Source: an uncultured Lachnospiraceae bacterium (GTDB lineage: Bacteria; Bacillota; Clostridia; Lachnospirales; Lachnospiraceae). From it: 64,000 nucleotides of DNA. Both the position numbers and the translations under genes were made by a program. The notes under the pieces were generated by a model, which searched no databases, was not told where the DNA came from, and saw nothing but the letters and a program-made list of their open reading frames with translations. Positions 29,001-37,661 of this stretch are shown one piece after another (positions within the stretch are counted from its first letter, which is position 1; every line of letters begins with the position of its first letter). Location: assembly GCA_905199445.1 (NCBI GenBank), contig CAJKGK010000001.1, positions 91,059 through 155,058 on the forward strand. The letters run 5' to 3'.

Positions 29001-30444
29001 TTCCCGACATTGTCTGATTGTTTTCCTGTGGATTTTCTCCTAAAGTCATGCACATGCGGACGCCGCATTTTGCCCCGTTTTTCATTATATTGAGCACATC
29101 AGCCATGACATCCCCAACCATCGCTGCAGAAAAATCAAATAATAACAAAAGTTCTGTTTGAACCTTATAATCTAAGTGATCGCTGGCATAATCATAAATT
29201 GTATGGTAGCTTCCGCCCAGCTTTTCCTGAGTCATCCGGGTCACCCGATCACTGATTTCTCTGATTTTTTCCCGTATTTCTCCCCCTTCGGTATAGATTT
29301 TATTACCAAACAGTTGAGGGACCTGTTGTCTCAGACTATAAAATCCAGAAATACTTCCGCCTTTTCTTACGGGGTCAACCACTGTATAAACCAGCTGCCC
29401 TACAGGTACTGATGAAAGCATACTCAACATCAAACGATTCACAAAACGCCGTGGGATATCCGGATTTGTACCATCCCCTTGAATCAGCCATGAAGATGTG
29501 CCATACTGGCTCATGCCGCAAGGCAAAAACAGCAGATTGCCGTCCGTAACCAGATCTTTAAACTTGTTTTTAATCAAATGTTTGATATCCGCATTATTGA
29601 TCCAATTTAAATCATAAGCGACATAGCCTTGATTGAACAAACCGTTCACACATTGGGATGTCTGATTCAGCTTATATTCTTCCTTAAAAAAGTCAAACAG
29701 CTGATTTTCCATTAAAAATATCAGGTCATCACTAAAAAGCTGATCCAAATCCTTAGCCATTTTTCTATTCGTATTATTTTGCCTCTCAGAAGCTTCCATA
29801 TACCCCTGTGAAATCTGGTCGCTCAGCTGTTTTTTTATTTTTTTGTTTTTAGCTTCAATGGCCGACTGATACTGTTTTATGCTGTTTGTAAGAATTTGAT
29901 TTCTTTCCTTTCTTAAGGTCTCATTAAAAAAGCGGAGCGTTTCTCTAAGATCAATCAGCTGGTTTGTATCACCTACATTTCCGGCACTAAACAAACCGGA
30001 TAAACCACCTTTCGGTTGATAGGCCTCCCCGTATGAGGAAAAATATCGTATACTGCAAAACTGCGCTTTAAGCTTATCTAAAGCCCGGGAACAGTCATCC
30101 ACTGTTTTCAGCTCAAAAAATTCTGGCTGAATCTGACGGGGCGCTCTCCCTGTTTTGACCATATACGCAACTTTGTCTGTAAGCTTTCTTCTATAAAATA
30201 CAGAGGCCAGCTCCCGATCTATGGAATTAGCTTCTTTATATATAGACTCCAGCCTTTGTGTCATTTTTTCAGCAATTTCTGATGGATTGATCTCCGAATT
30301 CTGAGCAGAGAATTTACGCTGGGCATCCTGCTCAATACGTCTCCTGCGCTGTTCATTTTGTTCCATCAATGCTACCGCATTATGAAGAATCGTATCTAAA
30401 TTCTTAACCAACTCCGGTACATTTTCCCAATTAAATACTGCCAT
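26047..30444 (-). CDS. soluble multi-domain FtsK/SpoIIIE-family ATPase (EssC/EccC-like, four P-loop-like domains, only domain 3 intact)
   Basis: Walker A LIAGATGSGKST at 27698-27733 and Walker B ILVIIDEFQ around 27386-27420. Three further domains align to the same fold but lack GKS/T. No hydrophobic TM segment or FHA-like N-terminus; the first 300 aa are helical. Start at the second ATG (30444), 7 nt after AAGGAAGG. Confidence 0.8.
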   Translation of the reverse strand: MAVFNWENVPELVKNLDTILHNAVALMEQNEQRRRRIEQDAQRKFSAQNSEINPSEIAEKMTQRLESIYKEANSIDRELASVFYRRKLTDKVAYMVKTGRAPRQIQPEFFELKTVDDCSRALDKLKAQFCSIRYFSSYGEAYQPKGGLSGLFSAGNVGDTNQLIDLRETLRFFNETLRKERNQILTNSIKQYQSAIEAKNKKIKKQLSDQISQGYMEASERQNNTNRKMAKDLDQLFSDDLIFLMENQLFDFFKEEYKLNQTSQCVNGLFNQGYVAYDLNWINNADIKHLIKNKFKDLVTDGNLLFLPCGMSQYGTSSWLIQGDGTNPDIPRRFVNRLMLSMLSSVPVGQLVYTVVDPVRKGGSISGFYSLRQQVPQLFGNKIYTEGGEIREKIREISDRVTRMTQEKLGGSYHTIYDYASDHLDYKVQTELLLLFDFSAAMVGDVMADVLNIMKNGAKCGVRMCMTLGENPQENNQTMSGKDMDEIWRLSKIIIQRSSEFLMDGCWYDLHCSMDDEKAKHFLEKYSLYSQDSSDQGGVFSPLLYKIIFSKQAAEVDAAVAQLYQLKHMWSQKTQALGAGNAFPQEVAIGMVDYPASLFSSSSAYHQMLEFFGTEPSQQNGLWQIQLPMMMDLRQGLDFFLECPSEYSREILDFTHHVIWTFLSSLPVGKVNICVFDGRQRGNSIIPFLDFKKRCPDAFDEKIYTAQEDMYERLKKLNQQIDEFIQDKLGNRYGDFWEYNKNTPNRSEAATLLVLYDFPSGMDKRNLELLQNIVQNGKRCGVYVLICHNPEISYSIYDHTEQHLSEIKKGCEQIAYKNGRYCLMPYDYPVSITGLPSDLEMEQFMSAYVKKLGKIKRQGISFSDILPKELFKAQSFGKLSIPVGIGDRDAAVNMVMGEGSSHHGLIAGATGSGKSTLLHTVIMSSMLNYSPDQLQLYLMDFKSGTEFKIYESEKLPHIRLLALDAMQEFGESILESLVQEMEHRAELFKEEGGGVTAVKDYVSVTGKPMPRILVIIDEFQVLFNDAANRKVAEHCSELAKRIVTEGRAFGIHLLMATQSMRSISNMTLISGIAEQMLIRVGLKCGESDIRYLFGNEDCGKIQTMMKGPVGTAVMNPDYTEKPAMGFRVAYLDDETQHEYLKMISDQFKDYPARLQVFEGKRTEKLLDYFRVQGIGMTDEFPACIHLGVPIKVAPPYKIVIDKKRKHNLLVCGTDVKMAGRIIDNYMISALLNRNALVYCADGDLMVDDETSRPFYHLLSDWSGRLTLAEDRGSIIRMIDDVYDEFQLRKKKNKKEQIFVIFKNLQFLDIVEMMFNGDPVERSDYLDDEPEQENGDFSDPMAAFNFDHILSGPKTHKDTMPVGDKLIKLMESGSMYGICFVVSALEYQTVKDSMCSYGNNVIKNFPERIVFSLSQGDAQFLLDEPSISGLRDNTVYFTDGVREKLRIKPYTSPDVDALKAYLSGLE

Positions 30445-30457
30445 AATCATGCCTTCC

Positions 30458-30727
30458 TTAAAATCTTATACTTCCGTACTCATCTAACGCCTGAGCCAGT
30501 CTTTCCAGCTTTGGCGCAGCTGTGCGAAGGGCCGCCGTCGGCTGAGCAGTCAGCTGGGCAATCCGACGCATAAGCATCATAAACTGCTGGGACTGCTCGT
30601 CATCCCATTCCGGGGATTTTTTCAGGACAGACTGAATACCGCTGCTGATCCATTCCAGATCGCTGGCGGTTTTTAACAGATCCTGTTCCATTTCACGTAT
30701 AACTTCCGGTGAAGCCTTTACTGACAT
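30458..30727 (-). CDS. small helical WXG100-like protein, paralog 3 (W-D-D-E motif)
   Basis: 89 aa with central ...SPEWDDEQSQQF.... AGGAGG RBS. Its stop is 7 nt from the ATPase RBS. Confidence 0.6.
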   Translation of the reverse strand: MSVKASPEVIREMEQDLLKTASDLEWISSGIQSVLKKSPEWDDEQSQQFMMLMRRIAQLTAQPTAALRTAAPKLERLAQALDEYGSIRF

Positions 30728-30737
30728 TTTCTTCCTC

Positions 30738-31019
30738 CTACAAACCTGTTGACTCGTATCTTCTGATAATCCTCAATAATTCTTCAAGTTTAAGCAAACA
30801 ATCTTTAAGTTCTTTTTCCGGAACTTCCATAGCCTGACAGCAATCCCCGACAATTCGTCCCAATTCCATATATTTTTGGTCCTGCCAGCCCCCCAAGCCT
30901 GCCATCTGATAACCATGGTTTAATTTTTTTATAGCCATTTCAAGTTCCTGAATCGAAGTCTGACAACATCTGATTCCACCTTCAACAGCTCCGCTTTCCA
31001 CAGATACACTTTTTGCCAT
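30738..31019 (-). CDS. small helical WXG100-like protein, paralog 2 (W-Q-D-Q motif)
   Basis: 93 aa with central ...GGWQDQKYMEL.... AGGAGG RBS. Confidence 0.6.
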   Translation of the reverse strand: MAKSVSVESGAVEGGIRCCQTSIQELEMAIKKLNHGYQMAGLGGWQDQKYMELGRIVGDCCQAMEVPEKELKDCLLKLEELLRIIRRYESTGL

Positions 31020-31036
31020 ATGAATCCTCCTGTCAT

Positions 31037-31795
31037 TTAAATCGGTGTATTCAGATATTTCTCAATACTCTGAATACATTTCTGTACTGCACTGATATTT
31101 CTCTCTGCCACATGATTGGATGAATATTCCAATGCTTTGGCAGCACTGACATAGGCCTGCAGTTCCCTTTCCATATTCCAGTATGCCTGCTTTAATCTGT
31201 CTCTTTTACTTTCTCTGCACATTAACCGGCTGCGTTCCGAATCCAGTTTTTCTCTGCAGGCCCGTTGTCTGTTGGACAGGTTCTGCCGCTGTGTATAAAG
31301 CATTTGCCGCCGGTTATTTTCTGCACTTTTCTGAGCAGTCAATGCCTGGCACTCACTCTCCATCCGGCTGATCTGCATTTCCAGAGTTCTGATCTGGTCA
31401 CTATACCGATTGACACTGGCCTGATCATTACTGGCCTGAGCCGATTGCATTCCGGATCGGGCAGAAGCCACATCCCCATTGAGATAGCCGATTTCTTTTC
31501 TTATTCCGTCAATTCTTCCCGTAAGGAAGTCAATCTTACTCAAACACTGCTGATACTCGTCCTCCACTCTGGAAAGCTCAGCCGTAATTGTCTCCAGTTG
31601 CCGAGAAAGTTCCCTTTCCATCATTAAGCTTTCATTCACAGCCGCCTCTGCCTGATTCACACTTTTCTGTCCCGAATAAAGGGTTTCATTAACTCTTTTC
31701 TCTATTCTGAACGCAATTCCTGAAATATCAGCGGAAAATCCATTTAACGCTTTTTTTACATCCTGTAGCGCTTCTATTGATACTGAAGCCTGCAT
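31037..31795 (-). CDS. coiled-coil protein with N-terminal LxG-like motif (possible LXG-domain-like substrate/adaptor)
   Basis: 252 aa, heptad-rich, Q/S/R-rich. Residues 12-21 VKKALNGFSAD. No recognisable toxin domain. GGAGG RBS. Confidence 0.6.
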   Translation of the reverse strand: MQASVSIEALQDVKKALNGFSADISGIAFRIEKRVNETLYSGQKSVNQAEAAVNESLMMERELSRQLETITAELSRVEDEYQQCLSKIDFLTGRIDGIRKEIGYLNGDVASARSGMQSAQASNDQASVNRYSDQIRTLEMQISRMESECQALTAQKSAENNRRQMLYTQRQNLSNRQRACREKLDSERSRLMCRESKRDRLKQAYWNMERELQAYVSAAKALEYSSNHVAERNISAVQKCIQSIEKYLNTPI

Positions 31796-31828
31796 TATCT
31801 AACGCCTCCACTTACTTAAGATTTTCTC

Positions 31829-32047
31829 CTAATAGTTTTCGTTTGCGATTCTTTCAAATTCCTCTACAGCCCTCTGACTTCTTCTGCCTGTTTCCATCAC
31901 AAATCTGGATTTATTTCCCAGCTGGGCCACAGAATCAGACAGTTGTCTGTAATTTTCATCCTGCCATAAAACAGATGCCTTTTTTATGGCATTTCCCAGT
32001 TTTGTCACAGACAGTTCAAATGCCATAAGCTCTCCATAGTTTCCCAT
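31829..32047 (-). CDS. small helical WXG100-like protein, paralog 1 (W-Q-D-E motif)
   Basis: 72 aa from the ATG at 32047 (GGGGA 5 nt upstream), or 78 aa from a GTG at 32065 that lies 3 nt after the polC stop. Central ...VLWQDENYRQL.... Confidence 0.55.
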   Translation of the reverse strand: MGNYGELMAFELSVTKLGNAIKKASVLWQDENYRQLSDSVAQLGNKSRFVMETGRRSQRAVEEFERIANENY

Positions 32048-32068
32048 AAATTTCCCCGCTTTCACTTT

Positions 32069-35000
32069 TTACATAATATCAAAAATAGACAGCTGATTGC
32101 TTTCCGGCAAATCGCCCAAAAGCCCCAGATGATAAAGTGTGTCCACAACCGACTGACCAACCTTTGCCCGCTGCCGGATATCGTCCCTCGAAATATAGGG
32201 ACCATGCTGTCCGGCCTCTGCCAAGGCCTCACCTGCAGTGTCTGCAATACCCTCGATGGAAGAAAACGGCGGTCTCAGTTTGCCGTCCTCAATCAAAAAC
32301 TTAGTGGCATGAGATTTGTACAAATCTACAGGCAGAAATTCAAAGCCTCTGGCATACATTTCCTGAACAATACGCATATCCTTAAGGGTCGACTCTTCCT
32401 TCTGGCTCAGGTTTGGATTAGCCTTATAGTTTTTAATGTGTCGGTCCAAAGCCGCCTTGCCCTGACACATCAGCTCATAATTAAAGGCCGTTGCTCTGAT
32501 GCTGAAAAATGAGGCATAAAAAGCCAATGGTTCGTGAATTTTAAACCAGGCAATACGAAATCCCATCATTACATAGGCCACCGCATGGGCTTTCGGAAAC
32601 ATATATTTGATCTTTTTACATGACCATATATACCAGTCTGGCACATCATGTTCTTTCATTGCCGCTTCCCATTCCGGGGTCAGCCCCTTACCTTTTCGCA
32701 CACTTTCCATAATTTTAAATGACAGCTCAGACTCCATTCCTTTATGAATGAGATAAATCATAATATCATCTCGTGTGCAGATGGCTGTGGAAATCGTTGC
32801 CTTGCCCTCCTGAATCAGTGTCTGGGCATTGCCCAGCCATACATCTGTCCCATGGGACAGCCCTGCAATCCGGGCCAGATCGGAAAATGCGGTAGGATGG
32901 GTATCCTTTAACATCTGCATGGCAAAATCCGTACCAAACTCCGGAACCCCCAAAGATCCCAGCTCCGTGCCCCCAATATCCTCGGGCTTAATTCCCAGGG
33001 CATCCAGTCCATGAAACAATGACAGTACGTCCGGATCATCCAGTCGGATTTTTGTGGCATCCACACCGGTAATATCCTCCAGCATACGAATCATTGTGGG
33101 ATCATCGTGTCCCAGTATATCCAGCTTTAAAAGGTTATGGTCAATAGAATGGTAGTCAAAATGCGTGGTAATGGTTCTTGTATTCACGTCATTGGCAGGA
33201 TGCTGCACTGGCGTAAAGGTATAAATTTCCATACCCATAGGAACAACCACAATACCGCCAGGATGCTGACCGCTGGTTCGGCGCACACCAACACAGCCCT
33301 CTGCAATCCGCTCCAGCTCGCAGCTGCGTTTATGGATCTCATGATCCTCATAATAGCCTCTGGCATAGCCGTAAGCTGTTTTTTCCGCCAATGTACCGAT
33401 CGTTCCCGCTCTGAAGGTCTGTCCGTGTCCGAAAATAACCTCCGTATAGTCATGGGCCTTACTCTGATATTCACCTGAAAAATTCAGGTCAATATCCGGT
33501 TCCTTATTTCCTTTAAACCCCAGGAAAGTTTCAAAAGGGATATCATGGCCTTCTTTGGACAAAGGCTGACCGCAGACCGGGCAAAGCTTATCTTCCATAT
33601 CACATCCGCTGCGTCCTGAAAAACTTTTCACATAATCAGAGTCAAAGTCCACATACTTGCAGTTTGGACATAAATAATGAGCCTGGAGCGAGTTTACCTC
33701 TGTAATACCGGCCATAAACGCCGCAAAGGAAGATCCGACAGAACCACGGGAGCCTACCAGATAGCCGTCATCAACGGACTTCCACACCAGTTTCTGGGCA
33801 ATGATATACATCACGGCGAAACCATTGCTGATAATAGAATTCAGCTCTCTCTCCAGACGCTCGGTCACGATATCAGGCAAATTTTCTCCGTAAATCGAAT
33901 GGGCCTTTTCATAACATATATTTCTCAGCGTCTGATCGGAATTTTCAATGACCGGAGGGCACTTGTCCGGGCTCACCGGCGAAATTTTTTCGATGCGGTC
34001 TGCAATCTTATTGGTGTTGGTAATTACAACCTCCTCTGCCTTTTCCGATCCCAGATACATAAATTCCTCTAGCATTTCTTCTGTTGTCCGAAAATACAGA
34101 GGCGGCTGGTTGTCTGCATCTGCAAAGCCTTTTCCGGCCATAATTACCCGGCGGTAAAGCTCATCCTCCGGATTGAGAAAGTGCACATCACAGGTGGCAC
34201 ATACAGGTTTGTCAAACTGCGCCCCGAGGCGGACAATTTTCCGATTCAGCTCTCGTAAATCCTCCTCATTGTTCACCTGAGGAATCTTTTCACTGTCAAT
34301 CATGAAGTGATTATTGCCGATGGGCTGAATCTCCAGATAATCATAAAAGCCAACGATTCTGGCGATTTCATCCTCCGGCCGATTGTTAAGTACAGCCTGA
34401 AACAACTCCCCGGCCTCGCAGGCGGAGCCTATAATCAGCCCTTCCCTGTACTTATTCAGCAGACTTTTAGGAATTCTGGGCCGACGCTGATAATACTGAA
34501 GGTGAGACAAGGAAACAAGACGGTAAAGATTCACCCGGCCAATCTCATTTTGAACAAGGATAATGCAGTGAAAGGTTTTCAGTTTTTTAATGGCACTGTC
34601 TGACATATGGCTGATGGCATTTAACGCGTCCAGATCATAAATTTCCTGCTTTTTCAGCCGCTGTATAAACCGCACAAAAACATGTGCCGTAGCCTGAGCA
34701 TCATCTACTGCCCGGTGATGATTTTCCAGCACACAATCCATAGCCGCCACCACGGTATCCAGCTTATAATTTTTAAGATCCGGCAGCATGGCCCTGGCAA
34801 TTCCCAGCGTATCCACAACCACAAATTCCCGCTCAATCCCCTGAACCTGACAATTATGCTTTATAAAGCTCATGTCAAACGCCGCATTATGAGCCACCAT
34901 GATACAGCCTTCGCAAAATGCCATAAATTCCGGCAGCACCTGGTTAATAGCTCTGGCATCCAGCACCATATCATCATTAATCCCTGTCAATTTCTCGATT

Positions 35001-36553
35001 TCCGCAGGTATGGGCACACCGGGATTCACAAAGGTGGAGTACCTGTCCACAATTTCACCGCCACTGACTTTGACTGCACCGATCTCGATGATATGATCAT
35101 TCACCGAACTAAAGCCGGTTGTCTCGATATCAAACACTACAAAGTCACTGTCCAGACTTTCACCGTGACCGCCGTCCACAATCTGTTTCAGGTCATCCAC
35201 AATATAAGCCTCACAGCCATAAATCACCTTAAAGGGCGCAGAAACTTTTTTCAGCTCATCCTTTCCCGCATCGGGATGTTCGGCCTGGTACTTTGAACGA
35301 AAAGCCTTATCAAAATCCTCCACAGCATGGTTGGCATCCGGAAAGGCCTGCACCACCCCGTGATCAGTCACGGCAAAAGCCGTATGTCCCCAGGAATATG
35401 CGGTTTTTAACATCTTTTTACAGTCAGCCACGCTGTCCATGTCACTCATCGTTGTATGAGCGTGAAGTTCCACCCGCTTTAATGGGCTGTTATCCATACG
35501 CTTTTGGGTAAAATCCGGAATTGTCTTAATCCCCACCACCGAGGATATGGCCACATCATGGTCATACTTGTCAATCAAAGCCATGCCTTTAAGCTTGACA
35601 AAGCTTCCTTTTTTCAGACTTCCCAGCACATCGGGGAGAAAATCATTTTTTACAAACAGCTTGACCATAATACTGTCGGAAAAATCCGTGATGGCAAACA
35701 TGATAATTGTCTTTTCATTTCGAATTTCCCTTGTTTCAACCTTGAAAATCTGTCCGTGAACAATCACCTCGCCGACTTCATCGGTAATTTCAGAAATCGG
35801 TGTAATCTCTCCATCAAAGCCCTTACCAAAGAAAATATCCTTGTCATCCACCCTGCGCTGCTGATAATTGTCGCGGCGCTGCTGCCATGTCTTTTTCTTT
35901 TCCTCGGCTTCTCTGGCCGAAGCAGCTTGATCCGCCGCCTCCTGCTTTGCCTCTTTTTTGGCTTCCTCATAGTTTTGAACAATACTTTGAATTTCCTTTT
36001 CCAAAGCTTCCTCGGCAAACTTTTTATGCCTGCTTTCAGTTTCCGGAATCCTGCAGATTTCCACGGCCAGATCCATACCAAAACGATTTTTATACAGATC
36101 AATTAACTTCTGCCTGGCACTTTCTATTTTTGTATTAGTTATAAAATTATCTTCAACAGTAAGACGAAGGGTTCCATTGTCTGTGAATTCCTTTTTTGCT
36201 CTGTGGAAAACATTAGCCTCCACAGCACTCTCCTCCATCAGCTCGGCTTCAAAAGATGGGCCATAAAGATCCAGCAAATTTCCGGGCGTATACTGAGCCG
36301 ACAAATGATAGTGTTCAACCATCTCAATATGGATATCCGGATCTTCAAACAGCTGGGATTTGATCTCACCTTCCACATTTTTAATGTCCTCACGGAAAAT
36401 CAAATGCCGGCTCTCCATATGTACCCGCACACATTTTCTTGTCCTGCTGGCCGTAACCCGGTCAACAAAAACCTCACCGAAAAGATCCTGAAGCGCCTGA
36501 CTTAGCTTTAAAACAGGAAATACATGAAAAAATGGTGTTCCCATGTCCATCAC
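32069..36553 (-). CDS. polC: DNA polymerase III alpha subunit, PolC-type (with 3'-5' exonuclease and PHP domains)
   Basis: 1494 aa with classic PolC organisation. ATGA overlap with the ispG stop. Confidence 0.95.
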   Translation of the reverse strand: MMDMGTPFFHVFPVLKLSQALQDLFGEVFVDRVTASRTRKCVRVHMESRHLIFREDIKNVEGEIKSQLFEDPDIHIEMVEHYHLSAQYTPGNLLDLYGPSFEAELMEESAVEANVFHRAKKEFTDNGTLRLTVEDNFITNTKIESARQKLIDLYKNRFGMDLAVEICRIPETESRHKKFAEEALEKEIQSIVQNYEEAKKEAKQEAADQAASAREAEEKKKTWQQRRDNYQQRRVDDKDIFFGKGFDGEITPISEITDEVGEVIVHGQIFKVETREIRNEKTIIMFAITDFSDSIMVKLFVKNDFLPDVLGSLKKGSFVKLKGMALIDKYDHDVAISSVVGIKTIPDFTQKRMDNSPLKRVELHAHTTMSDMDSVADCKKMLKTAYSWGHTAFAVTDHGVVQAFPDANHAVEDFDKAFRSKYQAEHPDAGKDELKKVSAPFKVIYGCEAYIVDDLKQIVDGGHGESLDSDFVVFDIETTGFSSVNDHIIEIGAVKVSGGEIVDRYSTFVNPGVPIPAEIEKLTGINDDMVLDARAINQVLPEFMAFCEGCIMVAHNAAFDMSFIKHNCQVQGIEREFVVVDTLGIARAMLPDLKNYKLDTVVAAMDCVLENHHRAVDDAQATAHVFVRFIQRLKKQEIYDLDALNAISHMSDSAIKKLKTFHCIILVQNEIGRVNLYRLVSLSHLQYYQRRPRIPKSLLNKYREGLIIGSACEAGELFQAVLNNRPEDEIARIVGFYDYLEIQPIGNNHFMIDSEKIPQVNNEEDLRELNRKIVRLGAQFDKPVCATCDVHFLNPEDELYRRVIMAGKGFADADNQPPLYFRTTEEMLEEFMYLGSEKAEEVVITNTNKIADRIEKISPVSPDKCPPVIENSDQTLRNICYEKAHSIYGENLPDIVTERLERELNSIISNGFAVMYIIAQKLVWKSVDDGYLVGSRGSVGSSFAAFMAGITEVNSLQAHYLCPNCKYVDFDSDYVKSFSGRSGCDMEDKLCPVCGQPLSKEGHDIPFETFLGFKGNKEPDIDLNFSGEYQSKAHDYTEVIFGHGQTFRAGTIGTLAEKTAYGYARGYYEDHEIHKRSCELERIAEGCVGVRRTSGQHPGGIVVVPMGMEIYTFTPVQHPANDVNTRTITTHFDYHSIDHNLLKLDILGHDDPTMIRMLEDITGVDATKIRLDDPDVLSLFHGLDALGIKPEDIGGTELGSLGVPEFGTDFAMQMLKDTHPTAFSDLARIAGLSHGTDVWLGNAQTLIQEGKATISTAICTRDDIMIYLIHKGMESELSFKIMESVRKGKGLTPEWEAAMKEHDVPDWYIWSCKKIKYMFPKAHAVAYVMMGFRIAWFKIHEPLAFYASFFSIRATAFNYELMCQGKAALDRHIKNYKANPNLSQKEESTLKDMRIVQEMYARGFEFLPVDLYKSHATKFLIEDGKLRPPFSSIEGIADTAGEALAEAGQHGPYISRDDIRQRAKVGQSVVDTLYHLGLLGDLPESNQLSIFDIM

Positions 36554-37617
36554 CCTGCATTTCTTTCATTCCAGTGATCCAGTTCATCTTTAAGGGCAGC
36601 CAAAAGCTGATCTTCCGGCATTTTCCGTATAATCTGTCCTTTTTTAATCAGCAGTCCTTCGCCGATCCCGCCGGCGATCCCGATATCTGCCTCTCTGGCC
36701 TCCCCCGGACCGTTGACCGCACAGCCCATAACGGCCACCTTTATATCTAAATCATAGCTTTGCACCATATTTTCAACCTGATTGGCCAGGCCAATTAAAT
36801 CAATCTGTGTCCTTCCACAAGTCGGGCAGGACACAACTTCAATACCGCCCTGCCGCAGTCCAAGTGTTTTTAAAATCAGTTTTGCAGACTTTATTTCTTC
36901 CACAGGATCTCCGGTTAAGGATACACGGATGGTATTGCCAATGCCTTCGTTAAGCATAATCCCCAGGCCGACGGCTGATTTTATATTTCCGGAAATCAAT
37001 GTTCCGGATTCGGTAATCCCCACATGAAGCGGATAATCCGTCATTTTTGCAATCAGCTCATGGGCCTGCACACACATCATCACATCTGAGGATTTTATGC
37101 TGATGACCATATGATCATATCCCAGCTGTTCAATCATATGAACCTTATCCAGGGCACTCTCCACAATACCTTCAGCAGTGACGCGGCCATATTTTTCAAT
37201 AATCGGCTTTTCCAGGGAACCGCTGTTGACACCGACCCGAATGGGAATGTGTCTAAGCTTTGCTGCATCCACCACAGCCTTTACACGCTCTGTGCTGCCA
37301 ATATTTCCCGGATTTATACGAATCTTATCCACACCGTTTTCGATGGCAGCCAGAGCCAGGCGATAATCAAAATGAATATCAGCGACCAGAGGAATATGAA
37401 TCAGCTTCTTAATATCCCTAATAGCCTGTGCTGCCGCCATTGTAGGTACGGCTACGCGTACAATCTGGCAGCCCGCCGCCTCAAGGGCCAGAATCTGTGC
37501 CACCGTAGCCTTTACATCTTCGGTTTTTGTATTACACATGGACTGAATCGCCACCGGATACTTACCGCCGATTTTCACGCCGCCAATATCTACGACTTTT
37601 GTATTTTCCCGTAACAT
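36550..37617 (-). CDS. ispG: 4-hydroxy-3-methylbut-2-en-1-yl diphosphate synthase
   Basis: 355 aa GcpE family with a C-terminal Cys cluster (CPTCGR). Confidence 0.95.
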   Translation of the reverse strand: MLRENTKVVDIGGVKIGGKYPVAIQSMCNTKTEDVKATVAQILALEAAGCQIVRVAVPTMAAAQAIRDIKKLIHIPLVADIHFDYRLALAAIENGVDKIRINPGNIGSTERVKAVVDAAKLRHIPIRVGVNSGSLEKPIIEKYGRVTAEGIVESALDKVHMIEQLGYDHMVISIKSSDVMMCVQAHELIAKMTDYPLHVGITESGTLISGNIKSAVGLGIMLNEGIGNTIRVSLTGDPVEEIKSAKLILKTLGLRQGGIEVVSCPTCGRTQIDLIGLANQVENMVQSYDLDIKVAVMGCAVNGPGEAREADIGIAGGIGEGLLIKKGQIIRKMPEDQLLAALKDELDHWNERNAG

Positions 37618-37661
37618 CTATTCATACTCCCTTCGTATTTATCCAGTCTTCCTCATCATTT

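Noticed and set aside
26047-30444. Calling the large ATPase a canonical EssC/YukB
   Set aside because: Canonical EssC has two N-terminal FHA domains and two TM helices. This protein shows neither on inspection and has four rather than three P-loop-like domains, so it is labelled EssC-like only.
31829-32065. GTG start at 32065 for the first small helical gene (78-aa version)
   Set aside because: No RBS precedes the GTG (it is 3 nt after the polC stop). The ATG at 32047 has GGGGA at a proper distance. Kept as an alternative.
35764-36102. Alternative-frame and antisense ORFs inside polC, nrnA/rbfA, the ATPase gene and elsewhere (for example 35764-36102 minus, 3016-3384 plus, 26191-26670 plus)
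   Set aside because: They lie fully inside strongly supported long genes, have biased low-complexity composition and lack RBSs. They are typical shadow ORFs.
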